DNA from: Octopus vulgaris
Taxonomy: Eukaryota
Assembly: GCA_951406725.2 (NCBI GenBank)
Contig: OX597821.1
Coordinates: 93,310,001-93,374,000 of the forward strand
DNA: 64,000 nt
Reading direction: 5' to 3'
Every line of letters begins with the position of its first letter. Within the stretch, counting starts at the first letter, position 1. The notes below the pieces were generated by a model, which was given only the letters and a program-made list of their open reading frames with translations, searched no databases and was not told the DNA's origin. Both the position numbers and the translations under genes were made by a program. Positions 11,095 through 24,202 of this stretch are shown piece after piece.

Positions 11095-12182
11095 TATCAT
11101 CATTTAACGTCTGTTGTCCATGCTGGCATGGGTTGGATGGTTTGATCAGAACTGGCAAGCTGGAAGGCTGCACCAGACTCTCCAGTCTGATTTGGCATAG
11201 TTTCTATGGCTGGATGCTCTTCCTAATGCCAACCACTCCGAGAGTGTAATGGGTGCTTTTACATTCCACTGGCAGGAGTGCCATTTAAGTGACACCGGTG
11301 TCTGTCACGACTGCAGTTTTACTTGGCTTGATGGGTTTTCTTCTCAAGCAAGACATAATGCTGAAAGGACTCGGTCATTGCCTCCATGAGGCCCAATGCT
11401 CAAAATATGGCAAAATGCTAAATGGTCTCAGTCCTTGCTCCCATGAGACCCAACACTCAAAAGGTGCTTTTACGTACCACAGGCATGGAGGCTATTTGCA
11501 TGACACCGGTATCTGCCATAATCGTAATCTTACTTGGCTTCATTGGTCTTCTCCTCAAGCAGAATATAATCCCAAAGGTCTTGGTTATTGTCTCTGTGAG
11601 GCCCAACACTCGAAAGGAGCTCAACCACTTTTGTCTCCATGAAGCTCAATGCTCAAAAGCTGCCTTTTACGTGCCACCTGCACAGGTGCCAGTTACGTGA
11701 CATCAGCATTAGTCATGACTATGATTTCACTTGGCTTGATGGCTCTTCTCAAGCACAGCATATCGCCAAAGGTTACTTGTCATTGCCTTTGTGAGACCTA
11801 AAGTTCGGAGATGATTCTTTACCACCTCATCCCATGTCTTTCTGGGTCAACCTCTACCGCAGGTTCCCTCCACAGCTAGGGATCAGCGCTTCTTTGAACA
11901 GCTGTCTTCATCCATACGCATCATACCAACCCATTCATCTCTTTTGCACACCACATCTGATGCCTCTTATTTCTAACTTTTCTCTCAAGATGCCTACACT
12001 CTGTCGAACATGCACACTGACATTGCAATCCAGCGAAGCATACTGACTTCATTTCTTTCAAGTCTACGCATGTCCTCAGCTGTCACAGCCCAAATTTCAC
12101 TGCCATGTAGCATAGCTGTTTGCACACAAGCATCACGCAATCTGCCTTTCACTCTGAGAGAGAGGAACTTAGTTGCCAGCTG
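11095..12182 (-). mobile_element. RTE-clade LINE 3' fragment (decayed ORF end, internally repeated 3' UTR, (GAT)n tail)
   Basis: Minus translation LSLRVKGRLRDACVQTAMLHGSEIW..MRMDEDSC..VEGTCGRG.PRKTWDEVV, a typical RTE C-terminus. Confidence 0.85.
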
Positions 12183-12350
12183 GTACTGATGTATCTTCTT
12201 CTGCCATACTGCGCAACTTCGTCATTTTTATTTATCTGCTGACTGCCATTCTGCATAAGAGTGTATGTTGCAGCATCTAAACCTTTGTTTATATATTTGC
12301 AAACACACTGAATGGAGTTAACAGAGTTGCAGAATTCAACATTGACTCTG
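12183..12350 (-). pseudogene. Helitron Rep fragment
   Basis: NVEFCNSVNSIQCVCKYINKGLDAA..DEVAQY..RYIST, homologous to the Rep motif-3 region at 27190-27340. Confidence 0.85.
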
Positions 12351-12788
12351 GCTACCTGTACTCGTCTTGGCTTCACAGTAGAATACCGATCATCTACATC
12401 TACCCCGACTCCTCTTGTAGAGAGTGAGAACATTGTTCTCGGAAACTTTTTTGAAAATTAAAATGGTGATTAAATGAAAATATGAGTTACGTGAATATCT
12501 TCACAAGAGTGATTGAAATAAATGGCGATGTAGAATGCCCCACGTGCGCGCGTACACACACACACACACACACACATACATATACATACAGTATCAAACA
12601 TCAGATGAAATGGACGTGTGTGTGTGAGAGAGAGAGAAGGGATGTGCTGTCATGTATACGTACATGAATAAATATACATATATCTTTTTCGTATGTGAGA
12701 GAGAGAGAGAAAGAAAGAAACAAACAAACAAACAAACAAACAAAGATAGAAAGAAAGAAAGAGAAAGAAAGGGAATGCCACTTGGACA

Positions 12789-12830
<42 letters not shown>

Positions 12831-13160
12831 TCTCACACATACACGCACACACTCACATACATACAAAAAAGATGTATGCATATGTATTTATATTCGTACG
12901 TATACATAGCAACACACCCCTTTCACTCTCTCTCTCTCTTTCACACACACACACACACATACAAAAACACGTGTGCGTGTGTGACTGACTTGTGTGTGTG
13001 AGAGAACATTGTGTGTGAGAGAACATTGCAAACTTTTAGGTCCGCTGTAGGCAATATGTATTTTTGTAGAGGCCCAGAGGCGACAAACTGAACGGCCACC
13101 CCTGGCGGCACACACTCTAGCTACACTGTTCCTTTGAATTAAAATATCTGAATAAACCAA

Positions 13161-13985
13161 TTATTAGTTAGTTAGTTAGTTAATTTTTTGGGCTCAAAAA
13201 GCAAAAAGCAAGGCCATGTAGGGGGACATGGAGTTATGTACAGGGTGGTGTTCATGTAAAGAGTTCAGGCCACTTGAGGTCAAGGGAGACTTTGAACAAA
13301 GCGGTCGTCGGCATCTTCACCATCTCGTCTGGCAGCTTATTCCACGGATCCGCAACCCGGACGGAGAAAGCCTCTCTCCTTCGATTGAGATGAAATCGTC
13401 GCAGATAGAGCTTTTCGGAATGACTCCGCAGCCGACGCTCTGGAGCAGGAGTGAAGAACAGCTCCTTCGAGAGGTTACACTTTCCGCTTATGATGTTGAG
13501 AGCGAGAATGAGATCACCACGGCGGCGGCGTTTTTCTAGAGAATAAAGGTCGAGCGTCTTCAGCCTTTCTTCATAAGACAAATTCTTGAGACCATGAACC
13601 ATGCGGGTAGCCAGCTTCTGGACTTTTTCGAAATGCTGTATGTTTTTGAGGAGATAAGGAGAAGAGGCTTGAATCCCGTACTCCAATATGGGTCTCACCA
13701 GCGTGACATAGAGCGGTAGGAATATGGCTGCTGTGAGCATTCCGAATGACCGTCGAATCAAGAACAGAATTCCGCGTGCTTTGATGGCAGCATGGACGCA
13801 CTGGGCCGAAGGCGAAAAGGAGGAATCCACCAAGATACCCAAGTCCTTTACCTGATCGGTCCTCTCCGGCAGCAGACGACCCGGCTCGAAATCAAGTTGA
13901 GTTGCAGGAGGAGAGCCAACAGGCAGATGACAGCACTTTGACACGTTCAGACACAGGTCCCATTCGTTAGACCATCTCCAAATTG
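13161..13985 (-). mobile_element. 5'-truncated CR1/L2-like LINE; ORF C-terminus still open (young copy)
   Basis: WRWSNEWDLCLNVSKC..VKDLGILVD..LVRPILEY..SYEERLKTLDLYSLEKRRRRGDL..FSVRVADPWNKLP; (TAAC)n tail at 13164-13182. Confidence 0.9.
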
Positions 13986-15200
13986 TTTTCCTTACTTTGT
14001 CCATCCAATCCTTTCATAGTGTAGTGAGTCCGTCGTCTTTTTATATGTCTTTGTTCGAGTCTTTTATTCTATTTTTCAGTATGTGTAGACTAAATATGTC
14101 GGTAGGATCTGATGTTTACATGATATCAAAGAATCCAAAAGATATACCAATAACCTTGATTTCATGTCTTTTTGTTGAATCACGAAAAATTATCGTAAAA
14201 TAGCAATGACATCCTTGTGTTTACTTTCGTAGCATAGCTCGGTAATAACCTCACTGTTCGAAAGAGATCGTACAGATAATGTCGTAGCAGATAACAGTTA
14301 ACTTTTGGCCGCCATTTGGACCCTGTTGTGTCCACTGCTCTGATTGGTTGGCATTGACGCAGTTTGTCTCTTGACTTATTTCGCGCCGATGTGTGAACCA
14401 ACCAATCAACCAGAACCTTCCAATAAGATCATGTGACACAGTCTTTTGGATTTTCTTCTAGAGCCTACCCTTAGCTTTAAAAGGCCCCAGCATTCACTAC
14501 ACTATTTTGTTTATGTGATGATGATGTGGAAATTTACCGAATTAAAGACTTTGCAGAAGAAAGCTCCGAGAAATGGATCAGTAAATCTTCAAGATATTTA
14601 ACTGAATGAATCTGCCTTCGATACTATTAAATTTCTTGATGGCTGCATTTAAAATTCTATTTGTATAAACTTTGTAACTAACCTAATTCTCGTATTTATC
14701 AAATCTAATTTTTTTTTGCAGACTTTATCCAGTTTATTAACTATATGGTCAAATAGTATACGTTTGAGTACCTCCATAACATTACCTTATACATTAAATA
14801 CGACTTACGTAGACTAAGACGTTCAATCCGATCGCTAATTTTTAACTCTGTGACTAAGTCGTTATTATTGCTGTTACATGTGTTTTGGTTAGTTTTCTTA
14901 TCTGTCTTCTTTTATAGTGTCTAGTTATACTTTGCTGTTAGTATTTAAATCAAGATCATACGATTTTTAGTCGTATTTGCCTAAGTTGTTAGAATTGATA
15001 GAGTCTAGAATACAATTTTAGCTCGTTTTGAAAATTATCAGCAGATTGCTGTCGGATCTCGCTTTTTATACTCGTGCTTCAGTTCACTTTAAATCTTTTC
15101 ATGTCATTCATTTGCGTTGATATCTGTGAGTTTTGAAATCGAACTTGCTATCTGGCGGTGAGATCGACATATGTTTGTCGAAAAAAGATAACTTTCCAAT
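13986..15200 (-). pseudogene. Highly decayed Penelope-like reverse transcriptase
   Basis: Frameshifted remnants resembling RLIN..ELG (about 14690), GSFD (about 14130) and Y(R/K)DDGL..MDKVRK (14050-13990). Confidence 0.5.
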
Positions 15201-15469
15201 TCATTTTCTCAACTTTCAATCTTCTCAGTTAATCTCTTAATGTAGATTTCTCTCAGTGGTATAGCAATAGTTAAGAAGCGGGAGAAAATTTATTCAGTAA
15301 ATATCTTTAAAGCATAATTATTTTATTGACTGCTGACATAAAGCTGTTATTTGTGGATTTATACATGTAATAACGCAGCATCTATGGTGAAAGAAATGAA
15401 CAATAGATCTATGTACAAGATGGGTAAAAAACAAAAACGCATACATTGTTCATGCAGCCATACAAGTTC

Positions 15470-16510
15470 TGATGCCGCAGTATCCTACTTCAGCGAGTGG
15501 TCTACCGCAAAATCTTATCTACGCTGCGAAATTACTTTTAGCATGCGGTCTACCTTTTCTTACCCTCATAACCTGAGTTAATTTTAACCATTACAATGTT
15601 GTTGAAAGATTTCTAAAGACGTATAATTTTTTCAGAGGACACAGCAATTGCATTTTTACAAAAAAAAAACAATCTTCTGGATACATCACTAGAAGCAAAC
15701 CCTTGTCATTAATGTGGTAGCGTCATGCAAGGAAAACGAAAATGTGACAGAAGTGGAGAATACCGGCGTATATTTCGCTTTCCTCGAAAAGAGTTTCAAA
15801 CTTCGCGTTCTATTCGGAAAGGTAACTGTTTTTTGTTTTTTTTTTCATTATACGGACATCAACAAGTTATTAGTAAATCATTATTCAATATTATTCAATT
15901 TGTCTTTATCATCCTGCAGTATAAAGTTATTATAGTGGAGGTAGATTGCACGCTAAAGTATAAAAGGGTAAGAAAAGATAGACCGCAAGCTAAAAGTAAT
16001 TTCACAGCGAAGACAGGATACTGCGGTAGACCGTATGCTAAAGTGGGAATGGAAGCACCCCGTCGGTTACGACGACGAGGGTTCCGGTTGATCCGAATCA
16101 ACGGAACAGCCTGCTCGTGAAATTAACGTGTAAGTGGCTGAGCACTCCACAGACACGTGCACCCTTAACGTAGTTCTCGGGGATATTCAGCGTGACACAG
16201 AGAGTGACAAGGCCGGCCCCTTGAAATACAGGTACAACAGAAACAGGAAGTAAGAGTGAGAGAAAGTTGTGGTGAAAGAGTACAGCAGGGATCACCACCA
16301 TCCCCTGTCGGAGCCTCGTGGAGCTTTAGGTGTTTTCGCTCAATAAACACTCACAACGCCCGGTCTGGGAATCGAAACCGCGATCCTACGACCGCGAGTC
16401 CGCTGCCCTAACCACTGGGCCATTGCGCCTCCACGATGCTAAAAGTAGGATACTGCAGTAGATGGCACACTAAAGTAGGATACTACGGTAGACTGCACGC
16501 TAAAGTAGCA
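15470..16510. mobile_element. Fold-back-like element with long inverted ends built from ~29-bp tandem units, interrupted by a SINE
   Basis: 15475-15558 is the reverse complement of 15972-16050; the unit gctaaagtaggatactgcggtagac continues at 16436-16510. Confidence 0.6.
16050..16434 (-). mobile_element. tRNA-derived SINE family B (full length); copies at 57782-58168(-), head only 58331-58428(-), related 45454-45755(+)
   Basis: tRNA-like head TGGCCCAGTGGTTAGGGCAGCGG..GGTTTCGATTCCC (A and B boxes) followed by a conserved body. Confidence 0.85.
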
Positions 16511-16528
16511 TCCGAGTTCTCACATTTC

Positions 16529-16952
16529 GGATCTTTTCAGTTTGAACGGCAGTTTTTTCTAGCGGTGTCATATGAAATTGACACCCATAATTATGACCCG
16601 AGTATCGGTCTATTGCATTTCGATATGTTTTAGGGTTAGGGTTAGGGGTGGAGGGAAGGGTATTTTTTTTTCTTCACAAATGTAAATAAACCCAATCTGT
16701 TTCTTAAACGAGGGACATATTCATACGGCACAGAATTTTTTTTTTTTACCTCAATAGATGTCAGTGATTGGTTGAAATTGCAGAAATTGAAGAAAAATAA
16801 AACAACAAATATCTTACAAACCATAGAATTTTCTCAATAAAGCCAAGAGAAAAAATATGTTTTATAAACACATTCTACCAGTATTGGAAGTTTAAAATGT
16901 TTTAGTTACCTAGAAATTATGTTAAAAACTGCCGTTCAAACCGAAAAGATCC
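16529..16952. mobile_element. MITE with ~28-bp TIRs and 8-bp TSD (Merlin/hAT-like)
   Basis: GGATCTTTTCAGTTTGAACGGCAGTTTTT .. AAAAACTGCCGTTCAAACCGAAAAGATCC; flanks CACATTTC / CACTTTTC. Confidence 0.85.
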
Positions 16953-17107
16953 CACTTTTCTAATTCATACAACAGAGTGTAGTTTGATAAAGACCTAAAA
17001 GCATGAGATAAGCATAAATCCCAGTTTACCATCAAATACATAAGTCCCCGGGTGCATAACCACGAGACTCCAAACGTACATCAAATACACGTGCACATAC
17101 ATTTTAC

Positions 17108-17754
17108 CACTTACTTGTTTCAGTCTTTTGGCAGCGGTCATGCTGGAGCCCCGCCTTGAAAAATTCTTTTGTCGAACTAATCGACCCCAATATTTACTGT
17201 TTTTAAAGCCTAGTATTTATTCTATCGGCTTTTTTTGCCGAACCACCAAGTTATGGGGTCGTAAACACAACAAGCGCTAGTGGAGGATATACACAGGCGC
17301 AAAGACACAAAAACACATACGTACGTATGTATGCATGCATGCATGTATTCATGTATGTATGTATGTATGTATGTATGTATGTATGTATGTATGTATGTAT
17401 GTATGTATGTATGTATGTATGTATGTATGTATGTATGTATGCATGTATGTATGTATGTATGTATGTAAGTATATAAGAGCGTTGTAGTAAACTTGAAGCA
17501 TTGTAATATCGAAGAATGTTGTAAGAGAGAAAATAGGGCAGCTTCTGACAATGCGGAAAGTTTAATAAAACCTTTATACTTAGGGCGCAAAGGCCTATCT
17601 TCAGAAGACTGTTCTTTTCTTCTGAAGATAAAGCCTTTGCGCCTGAAATGTAATGATTTTATGAAACTTTCTGCATTGTCAGAAGCTGTCTATTTTCTCT
17701 CTTTTTACATCCTCACACACACACAACCACATCCACTCACAAGCACACACACAA

Positions 17755-17818
<64 letters not shown>

Positions 17819-17877
17819 TATACATACATACATACATACATACATACATACATACATACACACAGACACACACAGAG

Positions 17878-17924
<47 letters not shown>

Positions 17925-18008
17925 CACGACGAGATTATTTCAGTTTTATTAAACTTTCTACATTGTCAGAAGCAGTCTATCTTCTCTCTTTATACATACA
18001 TACATACA

Positions 18009-18042
<34 letters not shown>

Positions 18043-18165
18043 ATACATACATACATACATGCATACATGCATACATACACGGCGAGTTTATTTCAATTTC
18101 CGTCTACTAAATCCATCACCCAGGCTCTTGGAGAAGATACTTGCCCAAAGCGCCACACAGGGGAA
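17108..18165 (-). mobile_element. SINE family A split by an inverted PLE-type insert at its internal microsatellite
   Basis: 3' part at 17108-17310, head remnant at 18080-18165. Confidence 0.75.
17520..17710. ncRNA. Inverted pair of PLE-type termini, each with a hammerhead-like motif
   Basis: Arms 17520-17608 and 17619-17710; consensus ctt-CUGAAGA-U-AGGC(CUUUGC)GCCU-GAAA-YR-UA; each arm carries different lesions. Confidence 0.6.
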
Positions 18166-18502
18166 CTCATAATTTTGTATGCATAACACTTCTTCTTTAT
18201 TTACACCATATTTAGTGAGTAAGAAAGAAACTATGTGATAATCCAAATATCCAAAACACACGGAAATTCACAGGTAAAGGATTTTTGGCTTCAGCTAAAA
18301 AAAAAAGGTGATTATACTCTTTGATATGTATTGAGTGCAATTTCTCCTGTTCGTTACTACCACCACTTCCTTACCTACCGCTTACAGTTGATATGAATTG
18401 GCCAGTAATTGACGATAAATATATAAATTAATCTATATCCATTATATTGAGCGGTTCTTATTGTGATATATAGAACTTCTTTGACCCCTATCTTTATCAT
18501 AA

Positions 18503-18551
<49 letters not shown>

Positions 18552-19049
18552 CATTATTATTATTATCGTTGATATTTAAATAGTAATACCGATAAACCAT
18601 CAAAAATGTAGCAACCACAACCAAAGTAATTACAATAATAGTAATAATATTCCTTTCTACTATAGGTACAAGGCCTGAAATTTAGGGGAAGGGAATTAGT
18701 TGATTACATCAACCCCCAGTATTTCACTGATATTTAATTCATCAACCCCGAAAGGATGAAAGGCAAAGTCAACCACTGCGAAATTTGAACTCAGAACGTA
18801 GTGGCAGATGAAATACCTATCTCTTTACTGTCCACAAGGGCCTAAACACAGAGAGGACAAACAAGGACAGACAAACGGATTAAGTCGATTATATCGACCC
18901 CAGTGCGTAACTGGTACTTATTTAATCGACCCCGAAAGGATGAAAGGCAAAGTCGACCTCGGCGGAATTTGAACTCAGAACGTAGCGGCAGACGAAATAT
19001 CGCTAAGCATTTCGCTCGGCGTGCTAACGATTCTGCCAGCTAGCCGCCC

Positions 19050-19098
<49 letters not shown>

Positions 19099-19101
<3 letters not shown>

Positions 19102-21778
19102 GCTCAAAGAATACGAAGATTTGAAAAGTGAAACAAGTTTTACACGCAAATTAAGCAGTTCTCATCCATTGCGAAAACATTTTATCTAAAAATAGGGAAG
19201 GAGAAAATAACCATTGAAGACACCCCCTCCCATGGAAAAGTTGAAAACTTTTGAAAAAATATATGGAGTAATGAAAAGACGTACATTGAAAATGCAGATT
19301 GGATTAGATGCACAGAAGAATCCTACCAAAATCTACCAGAACAAGCTTGTGAAGACATCTCAATAGCAGGCTTAAGGATGACACTCACGAAGGCTCATAA
19401 GTGGAAATCCGCTGGTAAAGACAGGGAAAGGGTGCAAATTTCTGGCTCGCATCGCTCCCATACGCACATGGAAAGTTAGTTCAGTTATTTAATGAAATTA
19501 CGGGAGATCCTAAGAAAACACATGATTGGTTAGCATGTGGTACTACTTACCTTCTTCCAAAGAATAATGAAACCAAATTTCCTCAAAGCTATCGGACCAT
19601 AACCTGTCTACCTATCACGTATAAAATTTTAATATCCATCCTCGTGGAGAAAAACATACGCATTTATGGAACAGAATGATAACTTCCCCACCGAACAAAA
19701 ATGGTGACGACGAGGCTCGTATAGAAGCAAAGATCAACTTCTAATCAATTGTATGATCCTTGAGAATTTCATAACAAACGCAGAAATCTCTGGTCCGCAT
19801 AGATTGATTATAAATAAAACGCCTTTGATAGCACACCGCATTCATAGATTTTAAAATCACTGGATATCTTCAAAAATTCTTTTGTAATATCAAACTTCCT
19901 GAAGCACACGTCAGTGTGGAATACGAATCTCCAATCATACTACTCTAATGGAGTACAGACTTCAAACAAAACTAATATCAACTGCGGCATTTTCCAGGGT
20001 GACTCTCTTTCACCTCTAATTTTTTGCATAGTCCTAATATACCCCCTTTCAAGTGAAATTAACAGAACAGGGTATGGGCATAAAATTTTATATGAGTGAC
20101 TTAAAACTTTATGGCAAAGACTTGAGTTAAATACACATAACAAGGTGTTAGCCATAAATTCCTTAGCGATTCCAGTTGTTATTTATAGTTTCAATGTGTT
20201 GAACTGGAATATCAGCGAAATAAAGAAAATCCATAAGATGCTGACTTGCAATAAGATTCACCACCTAAATGCATGTGCAGATTGGAAGTCGAGGCTTGAT
20301 CCAATTCAAAATCTCTGATAAAACCAAATATCTGACTGCCCAAATATCTTGAAACATCTAACGACTGAATGCTAAAAATTCATTGAAAGCCACAGGAGAC
20401 GTAAGAAGCTTCATTCTGTCATGAAGGAGAACAAAAATGTTGCTAGTGAGTTCATACATAATAACTACATTGAACAGCATGATTGAAATGCAGCAACTGT
20501 TGTTGCATAAAAAGGTGAAATCAATGGCAAAGGCAGAAGCCTGTGAACAATTGGCTAATAGGTAGGAACAAAAACTTTTGCATTGCAAATATGTAGCCCG
20601 TAGCAAACAAGCTGATGTAGATGAAAAGCACACGCGTCAGTTGTTACAGAGCTCAGGGCTAAAAGCAGAGACTAAGGCTTTATCTTAGCTGCTCAAGATC
20701 AGAGCTTATTGATCCGTAACTATCAAGCCAATGTGGCGAAAAATAGAGTAGACTGACAGTGAGATTGAAACAGTGGATCATCTAATCTCTGGGTGTAAAG
20801 ATTTAGCACCTATATATTTCTTTATTGCCCACAAGGGGATAAACATAGAGGGGACAAATAAGGACAGACAAAGGGATTAAGTCGATTACAACGACCCCAG
20901 TGCGAAACTGGTATTTTATTTATCGACCCCGAAAGGATGAAAGGCAAAGTCGACCTCGGCGGAATTTGAACTCAGAACGTAGCGGCAGACGAAATAACGC
21001 TAAGCATTTCACCCGACGTGCTAACGATTCTGCCAGCTCGCCACATATAGAGTATAAATCAATACGTAACAGAGTTTGCCAATATCTACCCTGGTTAATA
21101 CATCGGCATTATAAAATCAAAACTGCTGTCAAATAGTATAAGCACCACCCTAAGGCTGTAACTGAGGGAGAAAATGTAATAATTCTTTGGGACTTTCCAA
21201 TACATACAGACCAGACCATCAAAGCTAATAAACCAGATATTGTTGTGAAAGATCAAAACAATAAAATCTTTCTGATTGACATGAGCATACCTTGTGATTA
21301 TAATATCTCAACAAAAGAATTTGATAAGCTCAGAAAATATAAAGATATGCTGACTGAAATCGTAAAATGCAGCATCTCAAGACGATTACAATACCGCTGA
21401 TCGTAGGAGCACATGGAATGATAAAAAAAGGAACTGAAAATTATTTGAGAATGATCCCTGGCTTACCATCCATGCAAGAAATGCAAAAGATTGTTTTAAC
21501 TGGTACATCACACATATTGAGAAGAGCATTGTCGCTGTGAAGTCTCTCCCCCCACCCACGCTTATTTTCTTAGTTTTCTTTTTCATTTTATCATTAATTT
21601 TATATTTCCTTTTTCTTTTTCATTCTTTCTTTCTTCCTCTTTTTTCTATCAGAGGGCTTTGTAAATGAACAATCTGGTGTGTTTATTTTAACGGTCTACC
21701 AATGTAAACAGTGAGTTCTTTTGCCCTAGGTGTCGGGAAGACACACGGAAAGAAATTGAAACAAAATTGACAGAAAAG

Positions 21779-21785
<7 letters not shown>
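19099..21785 (+). mobile_element. Decayed R4/Dong-like RLE non-LTR retrotransposon (RT, zinc knuckle remnant, PD-D endonuclease)
   Basis: Motifs AFDSTPH, GIFQGDSLSPLIFC, ETVDHLISGC, ILWDFPIHTDQTIKANKPDIVV..LIDMSIP, KYKD, MQKIVLTGTSHILRRAL*; many stops and frameshifts; both ends abut (TAA)n; SINE C inserted at 20815-21043. Confidence 0.9.
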
Positions 21786-21810
<25 letters not shown>

Positions 21811-22179
21811 CAACAACAACAACAACATTAACAATAACAATAAAATCAATAAAAGACATAATAACAGTAATAGTAACAATAACAATAGTAATAATAAATA
21901 CAAATAATAGAACTGAAATAATAGAATCACACCCTTAAGAAGAAAATTCTTGTCGGTGATCAGCATTGCAATGAGAAAGAAAAAAAAGAAAGAAACAAAG
22001 AACAAAACAGAAGATAGAAAAAGACAGGGATGGTCGATTTATAGCTTTCAAGGCATTCAGAGTGACACAACTTAGCAGACACTGGGTCTGCTAATACCTA
22101 AAACTTTTGCTAATGTGTCGTGCATTCCGACACATCTTTTGGATTACACACACATGCACAAACACACACACACACACAA

Positions 22180-22245
<66 letters not shown>

Positions 22246-22459
22246 TCACACACATCTATATATAATCATTATCAGTTAGTTGTCCATAAGCCAGAAAAAT
22301 AAACATGCTCTCAAAATAAGTAATAGAGCGAGTATAGTTTTTTAAACCTTCAAGTAATATTTACTAATTCTGGTATAAAACTCTGTAGAATTTTATTGTT
22401 GAATTTATGCTGACATTGTCATTATTCACGCTGGCATTGCAATATTAACTATACTCATA

Positions 22460-22728
22460 AGGCTGCGTGTTGTGTTCTTGAGCAAGGCACTTTATTTCAC
22501 GTTGCTCCAGTTCACTCAGCTGTAGAAATGAGTTGCGACGCAACAGGTGCCAAGCTGTATCGACCTTTGTCTTTCCCTTGGATAACACTGGTGGCGTGGA
22601 GAGGGGAGGCTGGTATGCATGGGCGACTGCTGGTCTTCCATAAACAACCTTGCCCGGACTTGTGTCTAGGAGGGTAACTTTCTAGGTGCAATCCCATGGT
22701 CATTCATGACCGAAGGGGGTCTTTACCC
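22460..22728 (+). mobile_element. SINE family D (5'-truncated); full copy 53550-53890(-), 3' part 32087-32240(-), related head 38560-38700(-)
   Basis: Shared body ctccagttcactcagctgtagaaatgag..catgaccgaagggggtc; tRNA-like head in the 53.9-kb copy. Confidence 0.8.
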
Positions 22729-22814
22729 ATAAGGCTACGAATTACCAGAATCCTTCTTAGTACGCCAGGCAAAAGGATTAGCTGCATTTTGTCCGTCTTT
22801 ACGTTATCTTATCT

Positions 22815-23332
22815 TTTGTCTTTTACTTGTTTCAGTCATTTGACTGCGGCCATGCTGGAGCACCACCTTTAGTCGAGCAAATCGACCCCCGGGACTTATT
22901 CTTTGTAAGCCTAGTACTTATTCTATCGGTCTCTTTTACTTGTTTCAGTCATTTGACTGTGGCCATGCTGGAGCAGCACCTTTAGTCGAGCAAATCGACC
23001 CCCGGGACTTATTCTTTTGTAAGCCCAGTACTTATTCTATCGGTCTCTTTTTGCCGAACCGCTAAGTGACGGGGACGTAAACACACCAGCATCGGTTGTC
23101 AAGCAATGCTAGGGGGACAAACACAGGGACACAAACACACACGCATACATATATATATACATATACACATATACGACGGGCTTCTTTCAGTTTCCGTCTA
23201 CCAAATCCACTCACAAGGCTTTGGTCGGCCCGAGGCTATAGCAGAAGACACTTGCCCAAGATGCCACGCAGTGGGACTGAACCCGGAACCATGTGGTTGG
23301 TTAGCAAGCGACTTACCACACAGCCACTCCTG
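22815..23332 (-). mobile_element. SINE family A with a tandem duplication of its 3' ~115 bp
   Basis: 22820-22935 is repeated at 22935-23050. Confidence 0.85.
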
Positions 23333-23487
23333 CGTTATGTTCATATTCCACCGAAATCTTCTTTGCCTTTCATCCTTTCGGGGTTGCTTATATTGAGTAC
23401 TAGTTGAGCACTGCAGTCGGTGCAATCGACTAGCTCTTGTCTCAAAACTTGCTGGCCTTGCGGCCACAATTTGGGACTTGCATTTAA

Positions 23488-24167
23488 TGTGGCTGTGTGG
23501 TAAATAGCTTGCTTACAAACTACATGGTTTCGGGTTCAGTCCCACTGCATGGCACCTCGGGCAAGTGTCTTCTACTATAGCCTCGGGCTGACCAAAGACT
23601 TGTGAGTGGATTTGGTAGACGGAAACTGAAAGAAGCCCATCGTATACATATGTTTATATATATATGTATGTGAGTGTATGTTTTTGTGCGTCTGTATTTG
23701 TCCCCCCAACATCACTTGACAACCGATGCTGGTGTGTTTACGTCCCTGTAACTTAGCGGTTCGGCAAAACAGACCGATAGAATAAGGAGTAGGCTTACAG
23801 AGAATAAGTCCTGGGGTCGATTTACTCGACTAAAGGCGGTGCTCCAGCATGGTCGCAGTCAAATGACTGAAACAAGTAAAAGAGTAATACCCATGCCCAA
23901 TAATATATTGCTTGCTGCTATAAAAATATACCCACTCAATAATTCATGTATAGTGTTGTTTTCTAACTGAAGTGTGCGTGTGTGTATGAGAGAGAAGGAG
24001 TGGCTGTGTGATAGGTAGCTTGCTTACCAACCACATGGTTTCGGGTTCAGTCCCACTGTGTGGCACCTTGAGCAAGTGTCTTCTACTGTAGCTTCTGGCC
24101 GACCAAAGCTTTGTGAGTGGATTTGGTAGACAGAAACTGAAAAAAGCCCATCGTATATATGTGGGTT

Positions 24168-24202
<35 letters not shown>

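Noticed and set aside
13094-13110. CTCF-like motif GCCGCCAGGGGTGGC (similar at 42341)
   Set aside because: Imperfect core in probable repeat context; no independent support
16355-16434. tRNA gene
   Set aside because: tRNA-like head continues into a shared SINE body; no complete cloverleaf or terminator
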